A stretch of DNA of 64,000 nt from Actinomycetota bacterium (GTDB taxonomy: Bacteria > Actinomycetota > UBA4738 > HRBIN12), in NCBI GenBank assembly GCA_046330185.1, contig JAXLTF010000005.1, forward strand, positions 96,360-160,359. The letters are read 5' to 3'. Below, piece after piece: positions 19,017 to 28,502 of the stretch. Positions within the stretch are counted from its first letter, which is position 1, and every line of letters starts with the position of its first letter. The notes beneath the pieces are model-generated. The model was given only the letters and a program-made list of their open reading frames with translations. It was not told where the DNA came from and searched no databases. The position numbers and the translations under genes are program-made.

Positions 19017-20170
19017 TGAACGATCTCGAGGCACGGATCCGCGACGCGTTCCGCGGCCGCGAGGGTGACGCGCCAGCGTTCGACCTCGCAGACGCACCCC
19101 AGATCGCACGTCGGACGCGGCGTCGCCAGATGCTGAACACAGCCGGCGCGGGGATCGGAGCCCTCGTCGTCGTGGTCGCGCTTACAGCCGGGCTCGGCCG
19201 GTTGACGCGCGCCGACGGGACCCCTGCGGATCAGTCCCCGCCTGTGGTGGTGTCCGGCGCGCTGGCCTACGGCCTCGATGGAGACATCTACGTCGCCGAC
19301 CCGGACGGGACGAACCCGGTCAGGATCACCGACGTCGCCGCCCTGGACGACGACGAGTGCCCGGGCGAGCTCCGATACGAGCTCCCGTCGTGGTCGCCGG
19401 ATGGGCGGTACCTCGCCTTCCGGGGGCCTCAGGGTCCGGCGTGCTCGAGTCCCACCGGTGTCGTGATCACCGACCCGCAGGGCAACGTCGTCGCGACGTT
19501 CCCGGGGCAAACCCAGATCAACCTGATGGCCCCGGTGTGGTCGCCCGGTTCCACCCGCGTCGCGGTCTGGGACGTCTACCCGGGCACGATCGGTGTCTAC
19601 CGGATCGACGGCACCCGCGAGACGCAGATCGCGATGCCGAGACAGGGCGACATCGGCAGACTGGCCTGGATGCCGGACGGCTCCTCGCTGCTCGTGGATC
19701 AGTACGAGGTGCCCCTCGACGGCGGTACCCCGCGGGAGCTCCCGTTCCCGTTCACGGAGTTCAACTCCTGGCCCCAGCAATATTCGCCCAACGGATCCCT
19801 GGTCGCGTACGCCAACCCCCACGAGCTGATGGTCGCGCGTCCCGACGGGTCCGGGACCCGTGCGGTGTTCGGACCCTTCGGACCATACACCTGGACGTGG
19901 TCCCCGAACGGCGAGCTGATCGCGCTCAGCGCGAACCCCGCCAACCCATGGCCCCCGAACGAACTGCACGTCGTCGATGTGGCGACCGGGTCGGTTACCC
20001 AGGTGTTCGAAGGCGAGCGGCGGGCGATCCTCTGGGTCATCGGGTTCTCACCGGATGGTGACCGCGTCCTGTTCACCAGCAGCCGCTCGGGGCTGTGGAG
20101 CGTCGGGGTCGACGGCTCCGACGCCCACCAGGTCGCGGGCTCGGCTGACGGGACCTGGCGCCCGATCTAG
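19013..20170 (+). CDS. membrane-anchored TolB-like (PD40) beta-propeller protein, putative anti-sigma factor
   Basis: Start ATGATG overlaps the sigma-factor stop; short cytoplasmic N-terminus, TM AGAGIGALVVVVALTAGLG, then repeated WSPDG/WSPGS/WMPDG/YSPNG/WSPNG/FSPDG PD40 blades. Confidence 0.6.
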   Translation: MMNDLEARIRDAFRGREGDAPAFDLADAPQIARRTRRRQMLNTAGAGIGALVVVVALTAGLGRLTRADGTPADQSPPVVVSGALAYGLDGDIYVADPDGTNPVRITDVAALDDDECPGELRYELPSWSPDGRYLAFRGPQGPACSSPTGVVITDPQGNVVATFPGQTQINLMAPVWSPGSTRVAVWDVYPGTIGVYRIDGTRETQIAMPRQGDIGRLAWMPDGSSLLVDQYEVPLDGGTPRELPFPFTEFNSWPQQYSPNGSLVAYANPHELMVARPDGSGTRAVFGPFGPYTWTWSPNGELIALSANPANPWPPNELHVVDVATGSVTQVFEGERRAILWVIGFSPDGDRVLFTSSRSGLWSVGVDGSDAHQVAGSADGTWRPI

Positions 20171-20183
20171 GGAGGTACTCGAG

Positions 20184-21116
20184 ATGGTGACGGATCAGCG
20201 GCGGAAGATCGGGGGGGTCGTGGTGGTCGCGGCGCTCGTCGTCGCGGGCGCGTCTGCCTGCTCCGGGGCGGGCGGGGACAGGACGACCGACGTCGGCGGC
20301 GGCTCGAGCCAGACGCCGACCTCGACCGGAGCGGAGGCGACACCCACCTTCTCGTCGAGCTACATCGGCTACCTCAACCTGACGACCGGCGAGATCTCGA
20401 CGACCGAGATCCTCCCGCACAACTCGGCGATCGACGTGTCGCCCGACGGGGATCGGATCGCGTACGCGGCCGACGGTATCGTGAGCATCGCCGACCTCGA
20501 CGGCTCGAACGGCCAGGTCCTCGAGGGAACCCGCGGTGACCCAACCGGACCCCAATGGTCACCGGACGGATCCAGCATCGTCTTCCAGGACGGCGGCAAC
20601 CTCTACGTCGTGGACGTGGGTTCCGGCAAGGTCCGCCCGATCACCGAACTCGAGGGCGTGGACACGGCGGCGCTGTCCTACCTGTCGCCGACGTTCGATC
20701 CGAGCGGCGACACGGTCGTGTTCAACATGCCGACCACCGTGGGAGGGGATCGTTACGCGCTGTGGTCCGTGGCGGTGATCGACGGTGAGCCCTGGCTCGT
20801 CGGTGAGCCCACGCTCGTGCGGAAGGCGGCGACCTTCGGCGACGTCTCGCCCGACGGGACCCAGATCGCCTTCGTCGAGGACGGAGGATTCGGCGACCTC
20901 TTCGTGGCGCCGACGGCCGGCGGGAAGGCGCAGAAGCTGGCGACCGGAGAGATCGTCGTGCCGCGGTGGTCCCCGGATGGGACCCGGATCGCGTTCAACG
21001 ACGGGTCAGGTGGCGTCTACGTCGTGGACGTGAGGACCGGGGAACGGACCCTGGTCGTCGAGAGCGACCACCTGCCGGCCTGGGTCGATGACGACACGTT
21101 GAGCCTGTCGCCGTAG
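20184..21116 (+). CDS. TolB-like (PD40) beta-propeller lipoprotein
   Basis: Start from internal Met with GGGAGG ribosome-binding site; lipobox VVAGASACSG; VSPDGDRIAY, WSPDGSSIVF, VSPDGTQIAF, WSPDGTRIAF repeats. Confidence 0.7.
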   Translation: MVTDQRRKIGGVVVVAALVVAGASACSGAGGDRTTDVGGGSSQTPTSTGAEATPTFSSSYIGYLNLTTGEISTTEILPHNSAIDVSPDGDRIAYAADGIVSIADLDGSNGQVLEGTRGDPTGPQWSPDGSSIVFQDGGNLYVVDVGSGKVRPITELEGVDTAALSYLSPTFDPSGDTVVFNMPTTVGGDRYALWSVAVIDGEPWLVGEPTLVRKAATFGDVSPDGTQIAFVEDGGFGDLFVAPTAGGKAQKLATGEIVVPRWSPDGTRIAFNDGSGGVYVVDVRTGERTLVVESDHLPAWVDDDTLSLSP

Positions 21117-21194
21117 TCCTGATCGTTGACACCATCGCCCGAGGGTCGCCTGGAGGTGGTCCATGGCTGGTGATGTCGGGCGCCTCAGTGTTGA

Positions 21195-21245
21195 GACGTG
21201 GTCGGTCGGTGGTTGGTTGGGGGTGGTCGGTCGGTCGGTGGGGTG
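21195..21245. repeat. G/T-rich low-complexity (GGTCGGT)n-like repeat tract at the left edge of the island
   Basis: gtggtcggtcggtggttggttgggggtggtcggtcggtcggtggggtg. Confidence 0.4.
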
Positions 21246-21370
21246 TTCTCAGAACTCTCTGACCTCGCGGTTTGCGGCACTTCTGGAGGACCTCCCACAG
21301 GTTAAGAGGGGTACCTCCCACAGCAGCTCAGGGCGGAATTCGGTCAATCTTGCCTCACCTTGCGATTCGC

Positions 21371-22429
21371 TCAGTCCCATCGAGGCCACTCCTGACGACG
21401 CCTGACCGGACCCGCCGGCCGCAGTCGTTCCACCCGGTCGATGTGTGCCTGGCCTTCCTGCTGCTCCAATATGTGAATCGTCGGCGGGGCTGGCACCAGG
21501 CTAGCAACGCGGTGCTTCTGCTTCTTCGCCAAGGTTCTCACGCGCTGAACCGCGGCCACTGAGGGACCGTAGATCGCCCACTCGGCCGAGGCGTAGGTGC
21601 GAAGGTTGATCTCCTCGACGTCACCCTGATCAGCTTCAGCGTGACGAAGGTCAGGGGGACCGGGCGAAGCGACCAGTGCGCACGTGCGGTCGAGGGGGCA
21701 GGTCGCCACCGTCTCCGGGGAGGACAACCAGCCAGCCCCGTATCCAGGCGCCGCCTGCGGATCATGGATCAGGATCGGGTGATCGGAGACGACGAAGTCG
21801 AGATCCGACGGAGCGTGGAGGATCACCCAGCTCATCTGAGCTGCGATGCGCGGAACCACCCCCTCAGCGAACATGAACATCGCAGCGACCGCGTGGTCGT
21901 GGCTGGCCTTGAGGATGAGTTCTCCCGAGTCCAGATGGTTCGCCCAGACGCGCCCGCGACGCTCGGCTTCCTCGAGCGAGAGCTCCTCCCCCTGCAACCG
22001 ATGAAGCTCCTGCACCTCCCGCGGGTCGAGGAGCCGTCTCATCGCATCAAGCGTGTACGCCTGCTCGAAGGCGTACGTGAACCACTGTCGCCCTCGGGGT
22101 GTGCGGTGGTACTGGAGATAGAGGAACAGCGCCATGGCCATCCTCTGGGTCTGATCGAGTGCACGACCCTCCACGAGGTTCGCGACGACCGAGGCAGCTT
22201 CGTCCTCGACGAGAGCAAGGGTGTGCTCGGCGAACTCCTGTGGCACACCTTCCATCTCTCGCAGGTCGTTGTAACCAGCGATCGCCGCTTCCCCTCGGAC
22301 GCCCCGCACCGAGCATTTGCCCGTGCCCTTGTCGAGATGGTGCAGGCGCGGGTTCTCAGCATCGGGCTCGGCGGAGAAGCGGCGAAGAAGGAAGCGCGGA
22401 ACGAAATGGTGGAGCTTCGGCTTCGTCAT
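21371..22429 (-). CDS. DUF4238-family protein
   Basis: N-terminal hallmark MTKPKLHHFVPRFLLRRF (HHYVPqFyL-type motif of DUF4238); 352 aa. Confidence 0.6.
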   Translation of the reverse strand: MTKPKLHHFVPRFLLRRFSAEPDAENPRLHHLDKGTGKCSVRGVRGEAAIAGYNDLREMEGVPQEFAEHTLALVEDEAASVVANLVEGRALDQTQRMAMALFLYLQYHRTPRGRQWFTYAFEQAYTLDAMRRLLDPREVQELHRLQGEELSLEEAERRGRVWANHLDSGELILKASHDHAVAAMFMFAEGVVPRIAAQMSWVILHAPSDLDFVVSDHPILIHDPQAAPGYGAGWLSSPETVATCPLDRTCALVASPGPPDLRHAEADQGDVEEINLRTYASAEWAIYGPSVAAVQRVRTLAKKQKHRVASLVPAPPTIHILEQQEGQAHIDRVERLRPAGPVRRRQEWPRWD

Positions 22430-22480
22430 TCGCCGCCGCTCCGCTCGTTTCGGCTGGGCCAGCTGGAGTCCGAGCGTCCG

Positions 22481-22726
22481 CTAGTGCTCCTTGTCACGTG
22501 GAGGGTTCGGATCGTGGGCCGGCGGAATCGTGTCGGCACTCCGGATTCGGCCATCCCGGCCGTGTGTCAGGATCTCGCCCCCACCGCTCCCCCGTAGGAT
22601 CTCGCGGGCGCGCCGATCGGCTTCGGCCTGGGTTTCGCCTCTGGCGCTCGCACGGGATGCGCCCTCGCGCTGCGCTTTCCATCCTTCCCCATCCTTCGTC
22701 ACGTGGATCCGCTTTCGGTTCGTCAT
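22481..22726 (-). CDS. DUF2188-family small protein
   Basis: 81 aa; HVTKDGEGWKAQREGASRASARGETQAEADRRAREILRGSGGGEILTHGRDGRIRSADTIPPAHDPNPP follows the DUF2188 pattern; immediately upstream and co-oriented with the DUF4238 gene. Confidence 0.55.
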   Translation of the reverse strand: MTNRKRIHVTKDGEGWKAQREGASRASARGETQAEADRRAREILRGSGGGEILTHGRDGRIRSADTIPPAHDPNPPRDKEH

Positions 22727-22729
22727 TTG

Positions 22730-22898
22730 GATCCTCCTCGAACTGATGTTCGAGTATGAGCCTCAGCTCTTGCTCGCGTCAAGGGCGGACCAGGACAGTG
22801 GCAGTCCGTTAGACCTGTCAGGAGGTATTTAGTGGACTTTGGGTATCTGCTATCTTCTATCCGCGAACTCCCTCCACGGATGAACTAGAGGACTCTGG
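22730..22898. promoter_or_regulatory. AT-rich (about 50% GC) divergent promoter region between the DUF2188 gene and abiEi, with GGATG..CTAGAG direct repeats
   Basis: Marked GC drop relative to ~70% flanks; repeats GGATGAACTAGAG (22878-22890) and GGATGTCATCTAGAG (22897-22911), the second spanning the abiEi ATG. Confidence 0.4.
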
Positions 22899-23708
22899 AT
22901 GTCATCTAGAGCTGGGATCGGATCGAAGGGTCGAGCGGAGCTCGCGGCCGTGCTGGCCGGGGGCCGCCGGTTCGTCACGCCCTCCGACGTCGCGGAAGCG
23001 CTCAACATCGACCGCGACGACGCCACCAAGCGTCTCGCCCGATGGGCCACAGACGGATGGCTCAGACGAGCCCGTCGTGGTCTGTACATCCCGGTTCCCC
23101 TAGACGCCGAGAACCCGGCCACGTGGTCGGAGGATGCCCTCGTCGTCGCGGAGGCCATCTGGTCACCCTGCTACTTCACGGGATGGACCGCCGCCAACCA
23201 TTGGGCACTCACCGAGCAGGTGTTCCGGACGACCGTCTTGAAGACCGCGAACCGGGTGCGATCCAGTTCCACGACGGTCTTGGGACACGACTACCTCGTC
23301 CACCACGTCGATCCAGCAGTGATGGCCTGGGGGCTGAAGTCGCTGTGGAAGAGTGAACTGCGGCTGCGTGTCGCAGATCCTGCCCGAACGGTGATCGACA
23401 TCCTTGACGCACCAGGCCTGGCTGGCGGCATCCGTCATGCAGCTGAGATCCTACGGGCCTACCTCGACGATCACGATTCAGCGCTCCTGATCGAGTACGG
23501 AGAACGCCTCGGGAACAGGGCCACGTTCAAGCGCCTCGGGTATCTCGTTGAGACGTTGGACGACAACGACCGACTTGTATCCGAGTGTCTGGCCCGCATC
23601 TCCACGGGGATTTCGGTCTTGGACCCCGATGGCCCGAAGACCGGGCGGCGCGTGATGCGCTGGAACCTCCTCGTGAATGCGCAGCTGGAACCAGGTGACT
23701 CCTCGTGA
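22899..23708 (+). CDS. abiEi: AbiEi-family antitoxin / transcriptional regulator (type IV TA, COG5340-like)
   Basis: N-terminal wHTH (ELAAVLAGGRRFVTPSDVAEALNI...RRGLYIP) plus C-terminal AbiEi domain; directly followed by the AbiEii gene with a GTGA overlap. Confidence 0.8.
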   Translation: MSSRAGIGSKGRAELAAVLAGGRRFVTPSDVAEALNIDRDDATKRLARWATDGWLRRARRGLYIPVPLDAENPATWSEDALVVAEAIWSPCYFTGWTAANHWALTEQVFRTTVLKTANRVRSSSTTVLGHDYLVHHVDPAVMAWGLKSLWKSELRLRVADPARTVIDILDAPGLAGGIRHAAEILRAYLDDHDSALLIEYGERLGNRATFKRLGYLVETLDDNDRLVSECLARISTGISVLDPDGPKTGRRVMRWNLLVNAQLEPGDSS

Positions 23709-24883
23709 TCTCCGCCCGCGAGGTCTTGGACCTCCGAGCGGAGTGGTCACTCGCAGTCGATGTCATCGAGAAGGACTACATGCTCGGGTGGCTGCTCGCC
23801 GGCATCGCCCAGGAACCGCAGCTGCGTGAGGCGTGGGTGTTCAAGGGCGGCACGTGTCTACGTAAGTGCTACTACGAGACGTACCGGTTCTCAGAGGACC
23901 TCGACTTCACGGTGCGAGCCGGTGGCCCCGAGACTCCCGAGGAACTTAAGCCACTCTTCGTGGGTATCGCGGCGTGGCTCGAGGAGGAGGCGGGAATCGA
24001 ACTCGTGGTCGAAGGCTCCTCCTTCAGACGACGCCGGAATCGGAGGGGGAACGAGACGACTCTTGGGCGCCTTGCGTACCGAGGGCCTAACCGCCCTCCG
24101 CAGCTCCCGAAGGTGAAGCTCGATATCACCTCAGACGAACGCCTGGTCCAGGAGACTGTCAGCCGTCAGATCGGACATCACTACAGTGACGCGCCGCTCC
24201 CCATCGAAGAGGTCGCCTGCTACTCGCTCGTGGAGTTGTTCGCCGAGAAGCTGAGGGCGCTTCAAGAGCGGTGTCGACCACGTGACTTGTACGACGTCGT
24301 GCACATGCACCGGCATCCCGATCTCGCCGGTGAGGCGCCAGCGGTTGCCACGGTACTGGCAGAGAAGTGCGCGTTCGTGGGCATCGACGTCCCCACTGCC
24401 GAGTCCATCCGCTCATCTCCCTACCGAGATGAGATCGAGACGGAGTGGGAGAACATGCTGGGGCATCAGCTCCCGAGACCCTTGCCTCCGTTCTCTGACT
24501 TCTGGGATGTCCTTGACGATGTCTTCGGCTGGCTCACGGGTACGGGTGCGCGCACCGTGCCGGCTCGGATCGAGAGGGAGGACCTGGATCCCACCTGGGT
24601 CGCTCCCAAAGCCATCTCCTCTTGGCGAGCTGGGTTCCCTCTGGAACTCATCCGCTACGCGGGAGCGAACCGACTCAAGGTGGACTTGGACTACCGCGCC
24701 GAGGACGGACGGTGGGGCGTCCGCCGGGTGGAGCCATACTCCCTCAGACGCACGAAGGATGGATACCTGCTGCTGTTCGTGGTGAATGATCGGGGGCAGA
24801 TTCGCGGCTACCGAGTCGATCGCATAGCCGGGGCTCAGGTGACGGGAGAGCGGTTCACCCCTCGCTACTTCGTCGAGTTCTAG
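23705..24883 (+). CDS. abiEii: AbiEii/AbiGii-family nucleotidyltransferase toxin (DUF1814) with a ~100-aa WYL-like C-terminal extension
   Basis: Hallmark FKGGTCLRKCYYETYRFSEDLDF; 392 aa versus ~290 typical; C-terminus EPYSLRRTKDGYLLLFVVNDRGQIRGYRVDRIAGAQVTGERF resembles a WYL ligand-sensing domain. Confidence 0.8.
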   Translation: MISAREVLDLRAEWSLAVDVIEKDYMLGWLLAGIAQEPQLREAWVFKGGTCLRKCYYETYRFSEDLDFTVRAGGPETPEELKPLFVGIAAWLEEEAGIELVVEGSSFRRRRNRRGNETTLGRLAYRGPNRPPQLPKVKLDITSDERLVQETVSRQIGHHYSDAPLPIEEVACYSLVELFAEKLRALQERCRPRDLYDVVHMHRHPDLAGEAPAVATVLAEKCAFVGIDVPTAESIRSSPYRDEIETEWENMLGHQLPRPLPPFSDFWDVLDDVFGWLTGTGARTVPARIEREDLDPTWVAPKAISSWRAGFPLELIRYAGANRLKVDLDYRAEDGRWGVRRVEPYSLRRTKDGYLLLFVVNDRGQIRGYRVDRIAGAQVTGERFTPRYFVEF

Positions 24884-24996
24884 ACTAACGACTCCCCGAT
24901 GGGAGCAGTCCCCTGGGCACCAAGCGCACCTTCACCACCTTTCCCTACCGCACCGAGTTCCCGGACTCCTCAGAGCGAGGGCGGAACTCGAAGACG

Positions 24997-25899
24997 TTGG
25001 AGGATGCCCTGTGGTGGGCAAGATGGCAGGTCCAGTCAAGGTGGCGCGAGACCAACGAGTTCGGGCGTGCCGGCGAGTACGCCAACGACTCGGAGATCGC
25101 GGTCATCACGAACCGGAACACCAGTTACCGCTGGATCGTGCGCCGGGGGGACCACCGCGTCGAGTTCCAGACCCCAGAGATGCTCGAGGGTACCGTGGCG
25201 GATCAGAGCGTTGAGCTCCATCTCACCGTCGAGGAGGTGGAGGCGCTGGCGCGCGCAACCGTAGATGCCAAACCCAAGGACCGTCGGCAGAAGGCGCTCG
25301 TCGAGCAGGCGCTCGACCAGATCGCCGTCGTGTGTCGGCAGGTCCGAGCGCGCGTCGAGGCGGGCGACGAGCTGATCGACTCCTGGACCCGAGCGATCCC
25401 GAGGAGGCCGCCAGACGAACCGCCATCCCCGGAGCCCGAGCAACCGGAGGAGCCTGCCCGCGAACGCCCTCGGTACCGACCGCTCGGTGATCCCGACAAC
25501 CTGTCGCTGAAGGAAGCCGGCGAGATCCTCGGACGCAAGCGCAACACGGTCTACCTGTGGTTCAAGCAAGGGAAGTTCCCGCCCGCGGTCGACGTCGCGT
25601 CACACCTCGGGAGGGGCACCAAGCCGGTCATCGTGGTTCCCCGCTATCGACTCGAGGCGTGGCAGGCGGGTGAGCGGATGCCTCCGATCCTGCAGGAGGT
25701 CTTCGAGACCCGCGGACTCCTGGAGGCACCGTGGGCGTGCTTCGTGACACGCCGGAGAGCGCGTCGCGAAGACATCGAGTTCTGGGTGGATCGCCGCGGC
25801 CTGAAGCTTGCTGCCTCCACGACCGGACGGAAGATCTTCGGCACTGACCTAGAAGAAGGAAGGGTCTACGAGTTGAGAGAGCTACTGGAGAGCGGATGA
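24997..25899 (+). CDS. hypothetical protein with a C-terminal-half HTH motif
   Basis: 300 aa; LSLKEAGEILGRKRNTVYLWFKQGKFP HTH-like segment; acidic/Pro-rich linker. Confidence 0.4.
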   Translation: MEDALWWARWQVQSRWRETNEFGRAGEYANDSEIAVITNRNTSYRWIVRRGDHRVEFQTPEMLEGTVADQSVELHLTVEEVEALARATVDAKPKDRRQKALVEQALDQIAVVCRQVRARVEAGDELIDSWTRAIPRRPPDEPPSPEPEQPEEPARERPRYRPLGDPDNLSLKEAGEILGRKRNTVYLWFKQGKFPPAVDVASHLGRGTKPVIVVPRYRLEAWQAGERMPPILQEVFETRGLLEAPWACFVTRRRARREDIEFWVDRRGLKLAASTTGRKIFGTDLEEGRVYELRELLESG

Positions 25900-25900
25900 A

Positions 25901-26560
25901 TCAGGTTGTCTGCGCCACGATCGTGTTCTCTGGCGGAACCTTCCAGTAGGCGAACTTCCGAAGCTCGATCCGCCGCTCCCAGGAAGGGGAAGTCACGAGG
26001 AAGGTCGCGACGCCGGCGGGTGCCCGCTGCAACCGGTCCAGGTCGGTCTGTAGCTTCTTATTGCCGTCGTGGGCAGAAACGACATCACTCACCTCGAACC
26101 AGGCCTCGCCCTTGTCGCCATCGGTTCGGAGGTCTGAGGGACCTGGAACACCGCTGGTCGTAGGATTGCACTCGAGCACGCGGCTCGCCCAGCCGTTCTC
26201 GATCGCCCATCCGAGCGCGTCGAGGAGTCGTTCGACCGTGGCGCAGATGTTCAACAACTCCATTATCGGATGCTGCTCGCTGGCAACCAGCGGATGAAGG
26301 TTGGATAGGTCCACCGGAGTTCGCTTCCCTTGGATGCCCCAAGCGGGCCCGGCCACGTCATGCGTCCAGCTGATCGCTCGATCGACGATCGCGTCGTGAG
26401 CACCCTGAAGCTGGACCAAGTACTGTCCCGCCTCCAGAGGCCCGTCTTCCGCCATTAGCGGCTTGATCAGGTGCTTCTGAGTCGCCATTCCTTCGATACC
26501 TCCCTGCTCGGCTGTGCCGCCAACCGTCGCTCCAAGGTCCACCTGCGCAACAGGCTCCAT
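25901..26560 (-). CDS. hypothetical protein (219 aa)
   Basis: ORF with balanced composition, directly downstream of the EEP gene on the same strand. Confidence 0.4.
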   Translation of the reverse strand: MEPVAQVDLGATVGGTAEQGGIEGMATQKHLIKPLMAEDGPLEAGQYLVQLQGAHDAIVDRAISWTHDVAGPAWGIQGKRTPVDLSNLHPLVASEQHPIMELLNICATVERLLDALGWAIENGWASRVLECNPTTSGVPGPSDLRTDGDKGEAWFEVSDVVSAHDGNKKLQTDLDRLQRAPAGVATFLVTSPSWERRIELRKFAYWKVPPENTIVAQTT

Positions 26561-26582
26561 CGTCGGCTAGCGACCCAACACT

Positions 26583-27404
26583 TCAGATGTTGAACTCGGC
26601 CACGATCGGAGCGTGGTCGCTGGGTGAGTTCTCGTCTAGCGGCTCAGCCGAACAACGAGTCAGCAGGTCAGCAAGTCCCTCCGAGGCGAACAGGTAGTCG
26701 TCCTGGTATGGGATGGTCGGTCGCCGCTTGTCATAGAAGGTTCTCGTGTGGGTGCAGTCGGGACCCTTGCCACACCGACAGTTGTCCATCTCCTTGCGGC
26801 GGACAGGGTCGTCGTAACGGTCGGCTGGAAGCTTGGCCTTGAGGCAGTCGACCAGACCAAAGTCCTCGAGACCCGTCAGCACGCCGTGGCTGCTGTTGGG
26901 AGGAGACCCCGCGAGGATGTTCCAGTCTCCCCCGAGCAGAACATGCTTCCCGTACTCCGCGTGCTCGAGGATCGGCATGACTTCAGATATCGCCTTCTCC
27001 GTTGATTGCCAGTAGGTCGGATACGCCTCGTCCGTCAGGCCATACAGCGCGATGCTGGTCACGGGGATCCCGCCAAGATCAACGCGGCACGCAACCCAGG
27101 TTCCGGCTCGCACTTCGGGCTCGAAGGGAAGTGGCTCGAATTCGACTCCACGAGGAGCGGCAACAGCCGTGGAGAACTGCCGGCCGGGGTAGTCGCACTT
27201 GCCTGGACCACACTGGCAACCCGTCTCTTTGCTGCTGCCGTTCATCTCGACCATCAAGGAGTCCTCGATGTGCTTGGGAGCGGGAACGGCTTCGCACAAC
27301 AGGTAGAGGCCGGCATTCGCGATAGGACCCCAGTTCAGTAGGCGGTCCCAGTTTTCAGGACCGGTCTGACTCTGCATGTTCCAGACGACCACGTTGGCTG
27401 CCAA
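26583..27404 (-). CDS. endonuclease/exonuclease/phosphatase (EEP) family protein
   Basis: 273 aa; GGDWN metal-binding block and C-terminal SDHAPIVAEFNI (SDHxPV EEP catalytic His motif). Confidence 0.65.
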   Translation of the reverse strand: MAANVVVWNMQSQTGPENWDRLLNWGPIANAGLYLLCEAVPAPKHIEDSLMVEMNGSSKETGCQCGPGKCDYPGRQFSTAVAAPRGVEFEPLPFEPEVRAGTWVACRVDLGGIPVTSIALYGLTDEAYPTYWQSTEKAISEVMPILEHAEYGKHVLLGGDWNILAGSPPNSSHGVLTGLEDFGLVDCLKAKLPADRYDDPVRRKEMDNCRCGKGPDCTHTRTFYDKRRPTIPYQDDYLFASEGLADLLTRCSAEPLDENSPSDHAPIVAEFNI

Positions 27405-27932
27405 AGTGGTCAGAGTATGAACGGCCCGGGAGGTCGTGATTAGAAGCGTCAGCCTTCTTGTCGGAACGTCACGCGCCCCACCCCGAGCTCAACGGTCTCG
27501 ACGCTCCAGCCTGCACGAAGCCAGCTGCGCGCCTGAACATGAGTCTCGTCGTTGGCCCACCAGGCCCGGTGGTTCCGGGCCGATCCCGGGAGCCCGCCGA
27601 CGATCTCCGCTACCTCGACGAAGCTAACCGTCAGGGTGTCACTAGATCGACCGCGTAGGTACTGAGTTAGCGGAGCGTACTTCCCTCCCCCGGCAGCATC
27701 GGAGCGACGCTGTGACGGACGGGGCTTCGGCTCCTGGCGTCGGCCCGACGCGTAGAACGCCTGCTGCTCGAACAGCCCGAGTCCTTCAGCAGGACGAACG
27801 ACCTCGGCGTCGGCAGCGACGAGCCCATCAACGAGCCCGAAGTCGGGTAGCTCGACCCGGCGTGTGCCTCGAACGTGAACCCATCGAGCTCGCCGAGCCG
27901 CTCACGGAGCGCCTCGAGCACGTGGGCACTCC

Positions 27933-28502
27933 ATGCGCGCCGCTCGCGGGCGCTCGGGCACCACCCGCTGGAAGTGTCCGTTCCACGCTGGACTCCTCCG
28001 CTCCCGCCAGCTTCCGTTCACGATGCGCCGTTCCAGACACGCGCCGCTGGTGGAGTTGCTCGAGGGGGCCAAGTGCTGCGAGGGCACGATCAGCGTCAAC
28101 GCGGCGGACCTTCCGTTCCGCCAGAAGCTCGTACCCGGCACGACGGCCTGGCGCAAGTCCTATCGGCGCCGCAACACCGTCGAAGGCGTGAACGGCATGC
28201 TGAAAGGCGGCTTCGTCAACATCCAGGAGAAGTTCTTCAGGGTCTTTGGGCTCACGAAGCTGACGTTCCTGCTGACCTTCACCATCGCCGGCTACAACGT
28301 CGCGTGCATCCGCTCGTTCAAGGCCCGCACCGCCGCAGATGCTGAGGCGAGAGACGCCAAGAAGAAGCATCGCGCCACGCGCCGCAAGGGCACGTACACG
28401 GACCTCCTCGGCGGAGGAGCGGAGGGACCAGTTCCGGATCCTCCGCCAGATCTGAGGCCAGTCACGACACGCGAACAACATCGAAGGGCGTCATCAGCAT
28501 GA
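27933..28502 (+). mobile_element. IS4/IS5-superfamily DDE transposase C-terminal fragment (IS remnant)
   Basis: YRRRNTVEGVNGMLK matches the Y(2)R(3)E(6)K IS4-type signature; no intact N-terminal DDE region or inverted repeats found; upstream frames are degenerate. Confidence 0.5.
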
